From: Botryllus schlosseri
Taxonomy: Eukaryota
Direction: 5' to 3'
NCBI GenBank assembly: GCA_051294905.1
Contig: CM119371.1
Location: 6,264,001 to 6,328,000, forward strand
Length of the DNA: 64,000 nt
Of the stretch, positions 24,601 through 38,312 are shown piece after piece; position 1 is the first letter of the stretch; every line of letters starts with the position of its first letter. A program made the position numbers and the translations under genes. Under the pieces are notes generated by a model. It made no database searches, was not told the origin of the DNA, and saw nothing but the letters and a program-made list of their open reading frames with translations.

Positions 24601-27600
24601 ATTCATATAGATGCAATGATTAGATTAGATGTACCGGTATTATAATCCAAGTTAAACACAATGCAAAGAGTGGGTCTGTTTTTATATCAAGTAGTGGTTG
24701 AACTGATTGGCTTCGTGTGATAGTCACTGATTACTTTTTTAACTCGCAACTGGAACTATTGGCAGCTTACTTAATTTTCATAATTCGCAACTAGTAGAAC
24801 TACTCATTTTAAAGACTCGCAAACACTCACTTTTCAATACTGACTACTGGAACTACGACTGTTTACCATTCAAACTGTGCAACTAGAAATGATCCTAGAA
24901 CAGGGGTTGCCAACTCAAAATTAGTATCGGTACACTTTTGAGCCGCAAGAATGTAATATCGAGACAAAAGAGGCCTCACAGTTTTATAACTTTACGTCGG
25001 TCAGAGTTACCACAAAAGTAATAGGTTTTAAGAGAAATACAATAACGACAAAAATATTAGTAGGATTACTTTCATTTTGCTTTTTACTATGTGCTGCGCA
25101 CGATGCCTGACAAAACTTTACATCAACTAAGGAATCGATATTGGGGTGATAGACTACTATCTCCTCGTCAAGCGCGATCTTGTGCGGTAACCCATTCTCG
25201 AGCGTCTCAATCGTGCGATTGCACGTTAAGGCAATTTGCCCATTCATATCAGCTGATTCTCGCTCAATGGAATGCTCTTAACATCGCCGAAAGCGGCTCA
25301 GTTAGTAAGGAGTTAGTGATGTTGGGCACAAGAGAATAGCTGAGTTTGGAACATATACCACAATATTTGGCAACTTAAATCGATTTCATCATTTAAAAGC
25401 GAGTTCTTCGAAATCTCGAATCAGATCATGGACCACAAAATATGACCCGTGCTGGTGACCCCTGTACTAGAAGTACTCAAAATAGCAGTAGTTAGTTACA
25501 TTGAGTAACTAGATTGGTAGTTTGTAGATGCCTGAATACGAAATTCTTGTATTGACAGCTTGGTAATCTATTCCTAAACAACGACATGGAGGTGAAGATT
25601 GGAGATTTCGGCCTGGCCACCAAAGTCGATTTTGACGGGGAAAGAAAGAACACTCTGTGCGGCACGCCCAACTATATCGCCCCGGAAGTTCTCGGAAAGA
25701 AGGGCCACAGTTTCGAAGTGGACACCTGGTCGCTGGGTTGCGTTTTGTAAGTATGAGGCGGAGTTGTAGCTAGATCGTAATCGCCAGTAATATCAAATCA
25801 AGCCATGACATTTTGAAAGAAACGCTATCGACCAGTACGGGTAAAGAAAACATCGTGTATTTTCTTGGGCCCTGCGGATATCACCGGACATCACTTTGCA
25901 TCATATCTGGAGGGTGTCTGGGGTGTGTTCACGTTGTTCTAGAACTCGTGTATCATCTCTGGAGCGTTTCCGGGGCGTGTTCAAGTTTATCTACTGATCA
26001 GGCATCATGTGTGGGGTTTGTTTGTTCGCCACGTGGCAGCAGATGCAGAATTTCTGGCGATCATATAGCTGCCGTAACTGTATAACTGGTCTTGATCGAA
26101 AGCTAGTTTCACATCAGAATCGCACCCAAAATCATCCTTGACATCAGAAACCTGCATATTTCAGAACTATCAGATTGTCGTGACACAATGACCAGTTGCG
26201 GCACTCCGATTGTTTGGACAACGCCTATATGTCAGACGCTGGGGTGGTTCTAGTGCCCTGATTCTATTTTAAATTGTATTTCTCGAATTAATGCGGTGAT
26301 ATCTCTCAATCAATTCGGTTTCTTAAATCCTACGCTCCGTGATGCCAGCTATCAAATGGCCAGAAATTCTACATTTGCTGCCTGCGGCAATCAAACACAC
26401 CGCAGACTTGATATGGGAGTGCCAGAACCACATACACAGGTGAACACCCGCCAGACATATAAAGCAGAGTCATACCTGAGTATATCTGCTGGGTCATTTT
26501 CGTGACGTCACACCGTGGTAGTAGAAGGGCAGAAAACTATAGTCTGCGCTTACTGCATTGGGAAATATCTACTACAACTACCGGTACTCACTTTTGTAAA
26601 ATAGCAACGAGAACTAGAACTAGTCACTTTTTTTAACTAGAACCACTCGCATTTTAGAAGCCACAACTAGAACTATTCAATTTTCAATAGCCATGACTAG
26701 AACTACTCACTTTTCTATACTAGCAACTACATCTAGTCACTTTTCAAGAGCCATAACTAGAAATAGAACTACTGACTTTTCCGAACTCTCTCCACACTTG
26801 AAAATCTACAGCTAACACTACCGAAAAAAATGGTTAAGGTAAACATCAACCAATCAGACAGGTGATTCGTACAAGTGTAAATAGTTCAAAGTTAACGTTT
26901 GCTGACCAGTGAGACTTTTGCATGTCAAGTTGAACGTGCATGTTATTTCATATTTCAGGTATACTTTGTTAGTGGGCAAGCCTCCGTTTGAGACTCAGAC
27001 GTTGAAGGAAACCTACTCGAGAATCAAGAAGAACGATTACAGAGTCCCGGCTTACGTATCGCCTGCTGCGTGTGTTCTTATCAAAAAGTGAGTTGATGCT
27101 GGTCACTTCAAACAGACATCGTCGACGAGACAAATTTCAGTGTTTCAGAATTAGAATTAAATTATAACTACATAGGTTTTTCTCAACTAGATTTGAATTA
27201 GAATTACTGAAATTGCAAAAAACTTGGACATTGAATGAATTTCACTTCATATCAAATCATAGTTTGATCGCCATAAGCGAGGATGGCAAATATCTGCACA
27301 GCAAGCTTGCCTCGTTTCACACCATACAGGAATTAAAAAGATTGTCGGGAATTCGCTTTGAATTAGTCCACTTCAGCAACTAGAATTATATAGTCCAAAT
27401 CTAGTGTAAAACACATATTCGGTATCGATTCAATTATTTCAAATCACAATATTGATTCATATTAGATTTGAAAATCCAAAAAATGAGGACCCCAAAATCC
27501 ATAGGCTGTAACCAAGTCACAAGGCTCGGAGTCGCAAGTCAATCTGACTTTTCTAGTTTTGACTCGAGTCAAGTCGAGTCATTTTCAATTCACCACTGAG

Positions 27601-30600
27601 TCAAGTCCAAGTCAGCGAGCAGCGGGTCGAGTTCAAGTCATGGTATTATGACTCGAGTCCGAGTCATTGTGTTGACTTCCAAGTTTCCAGTTAAAGTCTT
27701 GTTAAATTCACTTTTTCAAACTCTGTTTGGCGATATTGAATGGTTCGCATTTATAATATACTAATTTTCCTAACTTTTAGCAGTTTTTCAAGTACCAGTA
27801 CCAATAGACTTGGCCGTTTTGAGTCCTGAGTCATATGATTTGGTTCTAGTCACGATAAAATCGTGACTCGAGTAGAGTCATGACTCGAGTCATTACAACC
27901 CTGCTGAGTGGTTTGATTTTTCAAATCATTATCTTCATTTGTATAATAATTTCAAATCGAAATAGGCTGACTTGGAAACCTAAATAATTCTAGTTGTTAA
28001 TCAGAACAAGATGACAGTAATATAATTCTAATCTAATCTGAAATATTGTTTATCTATGATTCTAATGTAATTTGGAATAGTTGACAATTTCTAGTTTTCC
28101 AAGTGTGAAAATAGGCTTATCCTGATACATGAACCTCTTCTCATCCACGTCCGTTAATATTTTGATATATTTAATAAAAATCTTGATTTGTAATATAGTT
28201 TTTTATCCAAAAATCCTGATTCCCAAACAATCTTTTAAAAATGTGACTTAATATCTGTGGTTTTATCACCAGAATGTTGGCGAGCGACCCGTCCCAACGA
28301 CCCTCTGTAAAGGAAGTGCTGGCCAGCGAGTTTTTCAACGGCTACATTCCACAGAAACTGCCCACAACCTGCTTGACCATGGCGCCCAGGTTCTCGGAAA
28401 GCCAACTACAACAGAGACGTCCGCTGCAGAGTCTGAACAGTGAGTTTTTTGTACTGGGTTCAAACATGGCGTTGGGTCACAGTCTGGCTCGGCAAAATCC
28501 AGTGCCTGGGTGTTTTGATTCTGGATCATGTAGACTTGGAGTATTCGATTAGCACTCATTATGAGGGTATAAATCACTGGTTCCCAAACTGTGGTCAGTT
28601 TACCACTAGTATGGGGTAGTATGGATTACTAACCTACCGAGATAGATACGCAACTCTCGCAAAACCCATTGTTACGCTCGAGCACGCAGTCTCATATTGC
28701 TGAGCAATCTAAAAGCATCATAATTGCTAGTGCTATCGCTGGCAAACCGAGGGCTGCAATTCAATAAAACTGGTCTTGATAGAAAGCCAGCGTCACACTG
28801 ATTCCGACAATACCAATTGAATCTTGTCAAGAAGATGGAACCACCTTAAAACAGCCCTCAAAGTATGAAAATCGACATTGTTCTACACGATCGCTTGACG
28901 AAATTGGCCATTGTTATGTTCATTGTGTTGCGGCGGTGCCATTGTTGGAACAATGCCGATTTTCAGAATTTGAGGATTATTTCGGGGTACAATAGCCCTG
29001 ACAAGATTTTAGTTTATAATTTCGAAATCATTACCTATGACACTAGCTTTCGATTAATCCAATCATATTGAATTACAGCGTTCAGGTCCCTATAGCAGTA
29101 CCAATTATGCTACTTTTAGGTTTATCAGCAATAAGAGACACTGCTTGCCCATGCGTGACCATCAGCAGTTACGTATCTGTATGTAGGACTAGGTTAGTAA
29201 TCTACAGTGGGAACATCTCAAGTGTTACTCAATTATGAATTTAAAAAAAATGTTTGGATCAATATTTTTAATTTTCTTTGTATTCAAGTAACATTGGGCC
29301 TTGCCAAACTAGATAAGGTACAAGTGATGCAGTGTAGCTTCATGTCCCCGGTAACGGAGAATCTCCGATGTAGTAATGTCTTTTTAGCACGACCCAGCTA
29401 CTCCATTTTGTCCAGCACTATCGATGAACTTATATCAGCAATATCTTGCACCACATCACCGAGTGGCCGATTCGAATGCTTACTTAATTGATTTCATTCC
29501 GAGTATAGAGTACCATTTTTTTGTGAAGTTATAAAGAAAAAGGGAACCCAATATTTCAAATTTCAATCTATTATAGGCCTACGCTGCCAATAAAATATAT
29601 TTGTTCAACCTTTTATTACAAATACCGCAATATTGTCAAGCTGTTAAACCTTGTTATTCTTGATTCATTTTTTTCAGGTGGCGCTAATACAGAGTCGCAG
29701 AAAACAGTGGGTGACAAACCACAGGCTACCGGCATATGCAGTAACGAATCGCCAGACTTCCACATGGCAGAATTGGAAGCACAACTCAAGAAATTGATCG
29801 ATACCAATCCAACTTTGAAGTCGGCTATAAATATGGGTTGGTTTTCATATTTTTACCACTGATTTTTTTGAGTTGAATCCGTTCCAACCCACTTTTTCAA
29901 TTCTGCTCGAGTGATATGAAATGGCTCACATTCATGATATCGTAGTTTGAGTCATGCACAATGACTCTAGTACAAGCCGAGTCAATACAAAAATTGACTC
30001 GAATAAGTCGAGTCACCAAAAAATCGCGACTCGAGTCATTACAACTCTGTTCGAGTCATGCACAATGACTCGAGTACAAGCCGAGTGAATACCAAAAGCG
30101 ACTCGAATAAGTCGAGTCACAAAAAATTGCGACTCGAGTCATTACGACCCTAGTATTGAGTCATATGACTTGCTTCGAGTCATGCACAATGACTCTAGTA
30201 CAAGCCGAGTCAATACAAAAATTGACTCGAATAAGTCGAGTCACCAAAAAATCGCGACTCGAGTCATTACAACTCTGTTCGAGTCATGCACAATGACTCG
30301 AGTACAAGCCGAGTGAATACCAAAAGCGACTCGAATAAGTCGAGTCACCCAAAAATTGAGACTCGAGTCATGCACAATGACTTCAGTACAAGCCGAGTTC
30401 ATACCGAAAGTGACTCGAATAAGTCGAGTCACAAAAAATTGCGACTCGAGTCATTACGACCCTAGTATTGAGTCATATGACATGCTTCAAGTCATGCACA
30501 ATGACTTCAGTACAAGCCGAGTCATTACCAAAAGTGACTCGAATAAGTCGAGTCACCAAAAAATCGCGACTCGAGTCATTACGACCGGAATAAATTCCAA

Positions 30601-33600
30601 TTTTAAGGCATGTGAAAATTACACTCCAATGTTTGCTCCAATCAGAATGACGATTTATTGTGAGCACGGGATTGTAGTTTATGGCACTTACTTATGGGTA
30701 TGAAATAATGTAATTAAGATTTGACGGTATTTGCTGATCTAACGTGAGAAGACAAGGTTTTGGCATATTCGAAAAATTGAATAGGAAACGATAGCATTGA
30801 GATAATCTGCTTACATGTGAAATTTGTTTATTTTTACAAATATTTTTGTTTTACAGATGAGGCGGAAGACCCAGCAGCTGTCCCGGTGCTCTGGATTAGC
30901 AAATGGGTGGATTATACGGATAAGTACGGGCTAGGTATGGAAATCTTGGAATCCTAAATATCCCTGCTTGTGTGCACAGAAGCGATGCCAGATGCGTCTT
31001 TTCTGTATATAATAAAATGGCTGAAAAATGAAAATAATTGGTCTCTAGAATATGGCCTGAAGTGGCAACTCTAATATTTCTATCATGATTTTGGGTTGAA
31101 ATTTTTATCATATATTGATGACTTCTTGTAGTACGAAGTGAGTTTTTCGCTACAAAGTTGATAATCGCTGCTCTAATCCAATTTTAATCTAATTCGGAAT
31201 TTTATTCAATTGCCAAGTTGTTGCAAATTCACTACTGGTAGTACTAATTCTAATTTAATTTGCAAAACTGAAACTTTGGAGGTCTTTCCAATTGTAATGT
31301 AAATTGGAAAAAGTTTTCTAGCTGTGCAACAATGGTCCTTATATCTTGTGTCCATTTTTGGAAATTTTGACTTTGACCATACAATTTGGACCTAAACCAG
31401 TTTTGTTTTCGATTTACCTTGAAAATGGAAGTTCATATGTCCACTTCACCATAGGCGCCGACTTTTATTATTTTGCGAGGTGGCGGAGTCTTGTAACGTC
31501 ATAATTGTTCCATATTGATGATGTCATCGTCGCACTAAAACGTACTTTACTACATGCCGCTGGCGTGTAACGATTCGCGTGACGTTTTAATATCGGCCCT
31601 GCACTATTGAATATCAAACCATGCAGTCGAGTCATTAAATGGAATCTTAAGACGGTACGATCATTCGAAAGAGTAACTACGCAACCAACCTGTCCGACGG
31701 AATGCATCGAACAAATATCAGGTTTTACGTCATTAGGAATCTGGAGTTGCATTAATGTTATTCACGCGCAATGCGCCGTGTGAGTAACGAAGTACACCAC
31801 GCACTAGCCTGGCAAGTAACACCACACCTCTTGAATATTTCAAGCAGTCGATAATGATGATTACAAACGCGAAATCGCGCAGCCAATCAGTAATTGAAGG
31901 CCAAATCATGACTTGAATTCCAATTTGCAAGCACACACACCCTTCAACTTCGCGCTCCGATTACCAAGACTATCACAAGCTAGCTAGCTATGTCGGCGCC
32001 TGGCTGGTTGAGGAGATCTAGGATGGTGCTTCTCGGCACAGGCTAGGCGCCAAATTATTGGGATTTTGATTTTTTTCAATTTACCAATATAGCATTAATT
32101 CAATTCTGGTCAAGCACATGTGTAAATGATGATCATATGATCTCTTCGTATTGACGATTTTGAGCGTATGATAAGCTTGCCAGCAACGATATAGAACTTG
32201 TTGTGGTCCAAAATATTGTCCAAATTTTGATAAATTCGCTTCAAATTTCAGGCTACCAACTATGTGACAACAGCAATGGGGTTTTGTTCAACGATAGCAC
32301 GCGAATACTTCTGTACGCTAACGACGAGCAAGTGGAGTACATCGACAGAGACATGGCGGAATCTTATTACACGCTCCAACAATATCCGAACACGCTAACC
32401 AAGAAAGTAACCCTGCTCAAGTATTTTCGCAACTACATGTGCGAGCATTTGCTCAAGGTGGGTCGAGTTTATCGTGATCTCATTTGGAATAAAAGTGTAT
32501 TCACAACCATTCGTAAATCAGGTGCATAAAAACTCTCAAGTTGGTATCTTTTGGCAATTTTGACAAGATAGGGTGACAAATTTCGTCTACACTCTCAAGC
32601 ATGATTTTCTTCACTACTGCCTTTATAGCAGACTTATACAACTGGATGATTCTAGTTGTTAAATTGGACTGAATAGAGCGGAATGCTGGAAATTGGATTT
32701 ATAGTCTAATTTGTGAAATGTTAATTTGCTCTAATTCTGATCTAATTTACGTTTTTCCTGAAAATGCTACAGGGTAGCTGTATAGTGTGAAGCCAACCAA
32801 GCTTGCTATACAACTATTTGCCACTCTCGTTCAAGTTTTCGTGGGTTCGGTAATTATAATCAACTTTGTCAGAAAAACAGTGTTGCTACAATTCTAATTC
32901 TAATCTAATTCAGAAATCAACAGTACATCTATCAATCTAATTGTAAAATAATTTGGAAAAAACCATGTTGCTATAAATTTAATTTAATTTGAAAAAAACT
33001 GTGTAGCTATAATTATAATTCTTGTATAATTTGAAAAAAGCTAGTAATCGTTCTAATTTTGGAAACAAACTGTATTGCTAAAAAAATCCAATGTCCAGAG
33101 TCACTCGAAATGACGTTCGACTCGAAGGTACCGATTACATCGCAACACTTGAAATGAGTGGCTGCGTTTCAACTAAGAAGTGTAGGTCTGAACTGCGAAT
33201 ACCGGCACACTTTCTTGACCGTGGATTTGCGTTTCAGGCCGGGGCGTCCATGGCGCCAAAGGAAGGTGACCAGTACGCTCGTCTGCCCTTCCTCAGAACG
33301 TGGTTTCGGACGAGAAGCGCCATCGTGCTGCATCTCAGCAACGGGACCATGCAGATCAACTTCTTCGAGGTAATATGAGATTGTGTTCGGGATATGGCAG
33401 GGGCGGGAAACTTCTCCAGTCGGCAAGGCCGCATGCGGGAAACTAAGTGCTTGACCGGCCAGATTCTTCAATCGATACATTAATTGCATATTTATCCACT
33501 TACCGACAATCTGAACCAGGGGCGGGCAACTTCTCAAGTCGGCGGGCTGGATATAGGAATATTACGTAGGCCTACTTGGTGGGCCGGATTGCTGAATCGA

Positions 33601-34501
33601 TATATTATTCGCCCATTTATCCACTTATACAAGTAATCGTATTTAATGAATGTGTTTTAACGACGGCATTGTCACTTCAAAGCCATTTCAAGGACAATGT
33701 GGATTTTAGAATAGAGTTGTCATACAGGCGCCGCCATGCCTGGTTCTCTCTGATTAATCAACACACGGTGCAATTATTAATTAAGATTTCAAGGCGTTCG
33801 ATAAGTCCAGTACCCCAAATTTACAAATATATCAACTCATTAGGGTAGAGTAGGTAACGAGATAGCGTCGTAGTTCAACCGTGTGGCCTAATAATCTCGA
33901 CATTGACGTCATCATGAGTGATCCTCGATTACTCGACTCGAAGCATATTACGTGGTTCTGAATAGAACCACTCAGGTACTCCATTTTGCCCAACCCTAGA
34001 TATGACCAATCGAAGTTTGCATTTGAAAACATAATCAAAACTATAATTTCCGTTTATAGCAAGGAATGCATAATTTCAGTGTTGAAAAAAATCATCTCTT
34101 GCAATACTTGAATCATAAGAGTGAATACTCGATTGAGATTGGAGTCCTTGAATCATTATTGCCAGCACTACTTATGACCCTGACTATTTTAAGCATCTTT
34201 TACTGGTGATAGATTAGAGATATACTAGCTTACTTCTACTTGAGTATCAGCACTGACTACTATGAACAATTGTGCGACTGCTTCAATGTATTTTTCTATG
34301 ATCCAGGACCACACCAAAGTGATTCTGTGTCCTCTGATGGGCGCCGTGACTTACATCGACCGTGAACGAAACTTTCGCACGTACAAGCTTAGCCTGATCG
34401 AGAAATACGGATGCAGTCGCGAACTGGGCCATCGTTTGCGGTATGCCAGGACCATGCTGGAAAAACTCATGTCCAACCATTCGTCTGCTGCGCAAAACTA
34501 A
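21475..34501 (+). CDS. PLK1: Polo-like kinase 1, 11 coding exons, 567 aa
   Basis: Exons 21475-21648, 22667-22816, 23741-23866, 25559-25746, 26959-27087, 28273-28439, 29678-29836, 30857-30934, 32252-32457, 33238-33369, 34307-34501 (1704 nt). All GT-AG and phase-consistent. [30 protein letters not shown]-box RRPLQSLN, Polo boxes WISKWVDY and DHTK. Confidence 0.97.
22667..22816 (+). CDS. PLK1: PLK1 exon 2
   Basis: tttcag/[16 protein letters not shown]...LELCKRR/gtaaaa. Confidence 0.95.
23741..23866 (+). CDS. PLK1: PLK1 exon 3
   Basis: gccag/SLMELYKRR...IIHRDIK/gtaatg. Confidence 0.95.
24901..25464. mobile_element. 564-bp hAT-type MITE in PLK1 intron 3
   Basis: Ends CAGGGGTTGCCA / TGGTGACCCCTG. 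TSD TCCTAGAA/TACTAGAA. Confidence 0.7.
25559..25746 (+). CDS. PLK1: PLK1 exon 4
   Basis: gacag/LGNLFL...DFGLATK...[12 protein letters not shown]...WSLGCV/gtaagt. Confidence 0.95.
26570..26820 (+). repeat. Degenerate (CAACTAGAACTACTCACTTTT)-type tandem repeat, MITE-associated
   Basis: Same motif at ~24740-24900, 38680-38940 and 41380-41760, and on the minus strand at ~21740-21800 and 24340-24410. Confidence 0.6.
26959..27087 (+). CDS. PLK1: PLK1 exon 5
   Basis: tttcag/[12 protein letters not shown]...VLIK/gtgagt. Confidence 0.95.
28273..28439 (+). CDS. PLK1: PLK1 exon 6
   Basis: caccag/[10 protein letters not shown]...RRPLQSLN/gtgagt. Confidence 0.93.
28771..29060. mobile_element. ~290-bp palindromic MITE
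   Basis: Long imperfect TIR ctggtcttgat(c/a)gaaagc(t/c)ag(t/c)gtcac. Copy at 37415-37715; fragments at 26086 and 38364. Confidence 0.6.
29678..29836 (+). CDS. PLK1: PLK1 exon 7 (linker)
   Basis: ttttcag/GANTESQK...LKSAINM/gttggt; phase 1-1. Confidence 0.88.
29940..30590. repeat. Tandem array of the GACTCGAGTC MITE terminus in PLK1 intron 7
   Basis: About 6 reiterations of gagtcatgcacaatgact...gactcgaataagtcgagtcac...gactcgagtcattac. Related array at 41950-42335. Confidence 0.8.
30857..30934 (+). CDS. PLK1: PLK1 exon 8
   Basis: ttacag/[26 protein letters not shown]/gtatgg. Confidence 0.95.
   Translation: MRRKTQQLSRCSGLANGWIIRISTG
32252..32457 (+). CDS. PLK1: PLK1 exon 9 (Polo box 1)
   Basis: tttcag/[15 protein letters not shown]...[13 protein letters not shown]/gtgggt. 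Confidence 0.95.
33238..33369 (+). CDS. PLK1: PLK1 exon 10 (Polo box 2)
   Basis: tttcag/AGASM...[26 protein letters not shown]/gtaata. Confidence 0.95.
34307..34501 (+). CDS. PLK1: PLK1 exon 11 (terminal)
   Basis: atccag/[11 protein letters not shown]...[12 protein letters not shown]...QN*. Confidence 0.95.
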   Translation, partial: DHTKVILCPLMGAVTYIDRERNFRTYKLSLIEKYGCSRELGHRLRYARTMLEKLMSNHSSAAQN

Positions 34502-34732
34502 CATTGTATGACAAAATACGACTTGCTAACTTTGTGTACGATTTCCGATGGAAATGATTTGGGTGATCACGTATGTGCTGGATCAAAACCAGGGCTTTGT
34601 GAACAGCAGTTTGAAAGGCGTGGCATAGCGTTTGAATTTGACTTGACGTCTCTTTCCTACTTTATCTCCACTGCCTCTCTCTGGCAGGAGTTTCTTACCT
34701 TTCCCTTGTAACGCGAGTTAATTATACTTATC

Positions 34733-34738
34733 AATAAA
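34733..34738 (+). promoter_or_regulatory. Putative PLK1 polyadenylation signal
   Basis: AATAAA 231 nt after the stop codon; also conserved in the duplicate (44703-44708). Confidence 0.55.
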
Positions 34739-35382
34739 TATCATGCGTCGGATTGACATCGTGTGTCACAGTGCTTCGCTTTTGGCAGAGACGTGACTTG
34801 TACAATTTACCAGGCTAGTCAGTTGACGAATATCTATTTGTTTATTGACTATTTCTAGTTGCACAGCACATTCTACAGTAAAAATCTAGTTGTAAAACTT
34901 CTAGCCAACTACTAAAGAGTGGCATGACAAGGGGTGGGTTTGATGGCCGTAATGCCCCCTCAAATATCTAGTTGCCAGTTTTGAAAAGTGAAATACGGTA
35001 GAAGTCTGTAGTGCCGGCGTGCTTCAAATTTTTTATATTACCCAGTCAGACTTGAATGTCCACTGTCCAGGTATCTCCTGTCTTCCAATTGGATCCAGTA
35101 ATATATTTCACGAAATGCTCCTATGCCTTCAATTTAATCATCCAGTTTCTGGTTTTCCTGAAAATGCTAATACAACTCTAGTAAAGAGGGGGGCGTATAT
35201 TTATTTCGAGACCACGTTCATCGCAGTATATTGTATGTAATAACTCAGAAGACTTTAGGTATGCCTTCATCATGAGTTCATGGTCCCATTACACAAGCAT
35301 ATAAACATATTTAAACAAAGTTTTGGATGCAATAACAGTTAGTGACAGAACAAATATTTTCAACAAAATCAAGCAACACATA

Positions 35383-35793
35383 TTAGTTGATGAATCCCTC
35401 CACAATCAAGTCGTCACTGGGATTAGTACCGGTTACATACGAATCATTAACGCTATTTAATTCGTACATGATCTGTGGCAATCTTGAAGTCATCTCAATA
35501 CCGTTTTCTGTCACGTAGAGCCAGTGGGCTGGCAAATCTACACCTTCTTTTTTCTTCTGTACCATGTTTCGGTCTGCTTCGATCGCTATCCATCTTTCTC
35601 GGAAAGTGATATCAATCTGGCCGTCCGGAAATCTGATCAGTCCTTCTATGTTTTCCTTATCGATTCCGGTAATTTCGAAAAATTTCATCAGTTCTTCTCT
35701 TCCAGGTATGCATCCCATTTTAATTCTCATGTCGCATGTTCTGTCTATGGACGACACAGATCCTGCTGCATTGGCAGACGTAGTTTCTTCCAT
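35383..35793 (-). pseudogene. N-terminal fragment of L1/Tx1-type ORF1 (ZCCHC3-like gag)
   Basis: PGREELMKFFEITGIDKENIEGLIRFPDGQIDITFR resembles the N-terminal region of Tx1 ORF1/ZCCHC3 proteins. No zinc knuckles. Internally deleted duplicate at ~46120-46423. Confidence 0.5.
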
Positions 35794-37050
35794 AGCTTTC
35801 CTTTAATTCACTCTCATGTAACACTCCTACCATAGCAATTTACAACGTAGATGGCACGGAGTGGAGTATGGATCTAGGAACTAGTGGTTTGCAGCTCTCC
35901 CAAGTGGGTAGATAACCCAATATGACGAAACCATTGCTGCTGTGCAGATTTTGCCGATGGGTCACTGAGCTATATAAACGTGGCGTGGGGTGAACAGATT
36001 TGTAGTTCAGATAATTCGTGGATATATGGATTTTACTAGATAGCGACTGCTAAATATTTATTGAAATAATTCGAGATATCGGTGTTCAATTTATCTTTTC
36101 ATCCTGATAGATCTCTGCACATCGCTATTGCCGCGACGTCAGCTGATCCCACTCCCGCCGCTCGGCCGCATCCTTCCTCTTGAGTTTCTCTCTCGTTTCG
36201 CCAGACAGCATTGTTGCGTCACACTGCCAATCTACTCAACAATGAATAATTTGGGGCTGATTGTGGGGGTTCCAGGGCCATGAGTGGAATAAAATTTATA
36301 TTTTCGTAATCAGTGCAAAGTTAGCTTTCGATTGATACCCAATTCATCAAATTTATTGCTCGGCAAGCCGGTCAAAAATAACCGTCAAATTGCCTGTAGC
36401 CAAATGGAAATTGTGACGTGATACAATTTCATTGAACCGTGAGATTTGCTTGTGTCGACACCTTATAGGACACTATGGTCAAACAGTACCAAATGAGCAT
36501 GGATTAGGATTCGGATTTGAAAAAAAACGGATTTATGAAATTTTTAGCAATTTTTTCGAATTTCAAGTTGGACCCAGATTAGGATTAGATATACAAAAGT
36601 TATGGATAAGGATTCGGATTTTTTGGCATCTGTGTATGTGTTTATATAGCTCAGTGGTATGACCGCATAAGATTGGAAAATTAAGACAGATTGTAAGCAG
36701 AAATTACGCCATCTGGTATTTTGAAAAAGAAACTGAATCATTTCTATAGTGGCTACTGGTTGGAATGAGCCAAATTTGGTGTGCAGGCTTCAATTAGGTA
36801 ACCTAACATTGAGAAAAAAGTCATTTTTGATCACCTCAAGTTCAAGTGCACATGTATAATTAATTAATGATCAATCACAGAATCCATTTATAACAGGTAA
36901 CTAGGTGTCCTTCAACTTTAAGATGTGATGTCATGTGTCAAGGTATATCGAATGTTAACATGGAGTAGCAACGACCGCTTTTGCAGCCTCGTTCCGCTTC
37001 GCTGAGGCTTTATTCAGACTTGATTTGGAGCAGCGACTGTAGGATTTCAA

Positions 37051-38312
37051 CAGTGTTGCCAATTTAGCGATTTTCGCGCTAGATCTAGCGATTTTTCATC
37101 CGGTTTAGCGCCAAAAAATATGGATCTAGCGCCTAGCGATATTTCTAGCGATTTTTGAAAAGTATTTAGCGATAATTTAGCGCTTTTTTGCCGAAAATCA
37201 CTAACAAAGATCAGTTCTGACCGACGACTGCATTGGCTATACCGGCCACAAGAGTGCGAACTTCGATGATATATAATTATAGATTACTAACCTACGGATA
37301 AATGCGCAACTCTCGACGGTTACGCATGGGCAAAGAGTGTCTCTTCTTACTGAGTAATCTGTAGCATAATTGACAGTGCTATTTCTGACAACCAGAGCGC
37401 TAAAATTTAATATATAATTGGCCTTGATCGAAAGCTAGTGTCGCAGTGATTTCGAAAATACAAATTAAAATCTCGTCAGAACAATGGAACCATGCACCCT
37501 GAAACAGCCCTTAAAGTCTGAAAACCGGCGTTGCTCCAACAATGGCACCGCCGCTACACAATGAACATAACAATGACCAATTTCGTCCAGCGATTGTTCC
37601 GATCAATGCCGATTTTCAGACTTTAGGGACTTTTTTGAGGTCATTTCATTGCCTTAACAAGAATTTAATTCGTATTGTTGGAATCAGTGTGACACTAGCT
37701 TTCGTTTAAGACCAGATTTAATAAATTTCATACCCCGGGTTGGTCCTCGGATTATTTAAGATCTCTACTTATACTTGCTGGCAAACCTGGTTCAAGTCGT
37801 GTTGTGTCGGGTCAAATCGCAGTAGTTTCCAAGTATTCCAACACAGTTCAGAGAAGTCAAGCGCATTTCCACGGAACATCGCATCACACCTTTACGGACG
37901 CATCGAGCAAGGCACGCTTATATAGTGAGCGGTTATGCCTGCAAACCTGGTCAGTGGTCACGCAGAGCGATCATTGCGCAAAGCGATCTGCGTTATCGAA
38001 ATGCACTGCACGTTTTGTCACGCTTAGAGATGACTATTACGTATTATGAACTAGAAATATGATAAGTGACTTTGGTCCCAGACGAGTAAAATATAGCTGA
38101 GAAGAATGTATTGATATTATGGTTCAATTTAACACCTTTAGCGATTAATGAAGATTTAGCGCTATTTTTTAGCGCTTTTTTCTCAATATTTAGCGACATC
38201 TAGCGATTTTTGACACCAGTTTTAGCGATTTTCTACCATCCGGAGTTGGCAACACTGCTTCGTTCCGCTTCGCTGAGGCTTTATTCAGACTTGATTTGGA
38301 GCAGCAACACTG
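37051..38312. mobile_element. hAT-type non-autonomous element with TTTAGCG subterminal repeats and a doubled right end
   Basis: TIR CAGTGTTGCCAA / TTGGCAACACTG (ends 38257). Second GCAACACTG at 38304-38312. TSD GATTTCAA at 37043-37050 and 38313-38320. Confidence 0.85.

Noticed and set aside
25880..26460. Faint resemblance to the foldback B satellite in PLK1 intron 4
   Set aside because: Only a few short matches (gtgtctggggtgtgttc); no termini or TSD identifiable.
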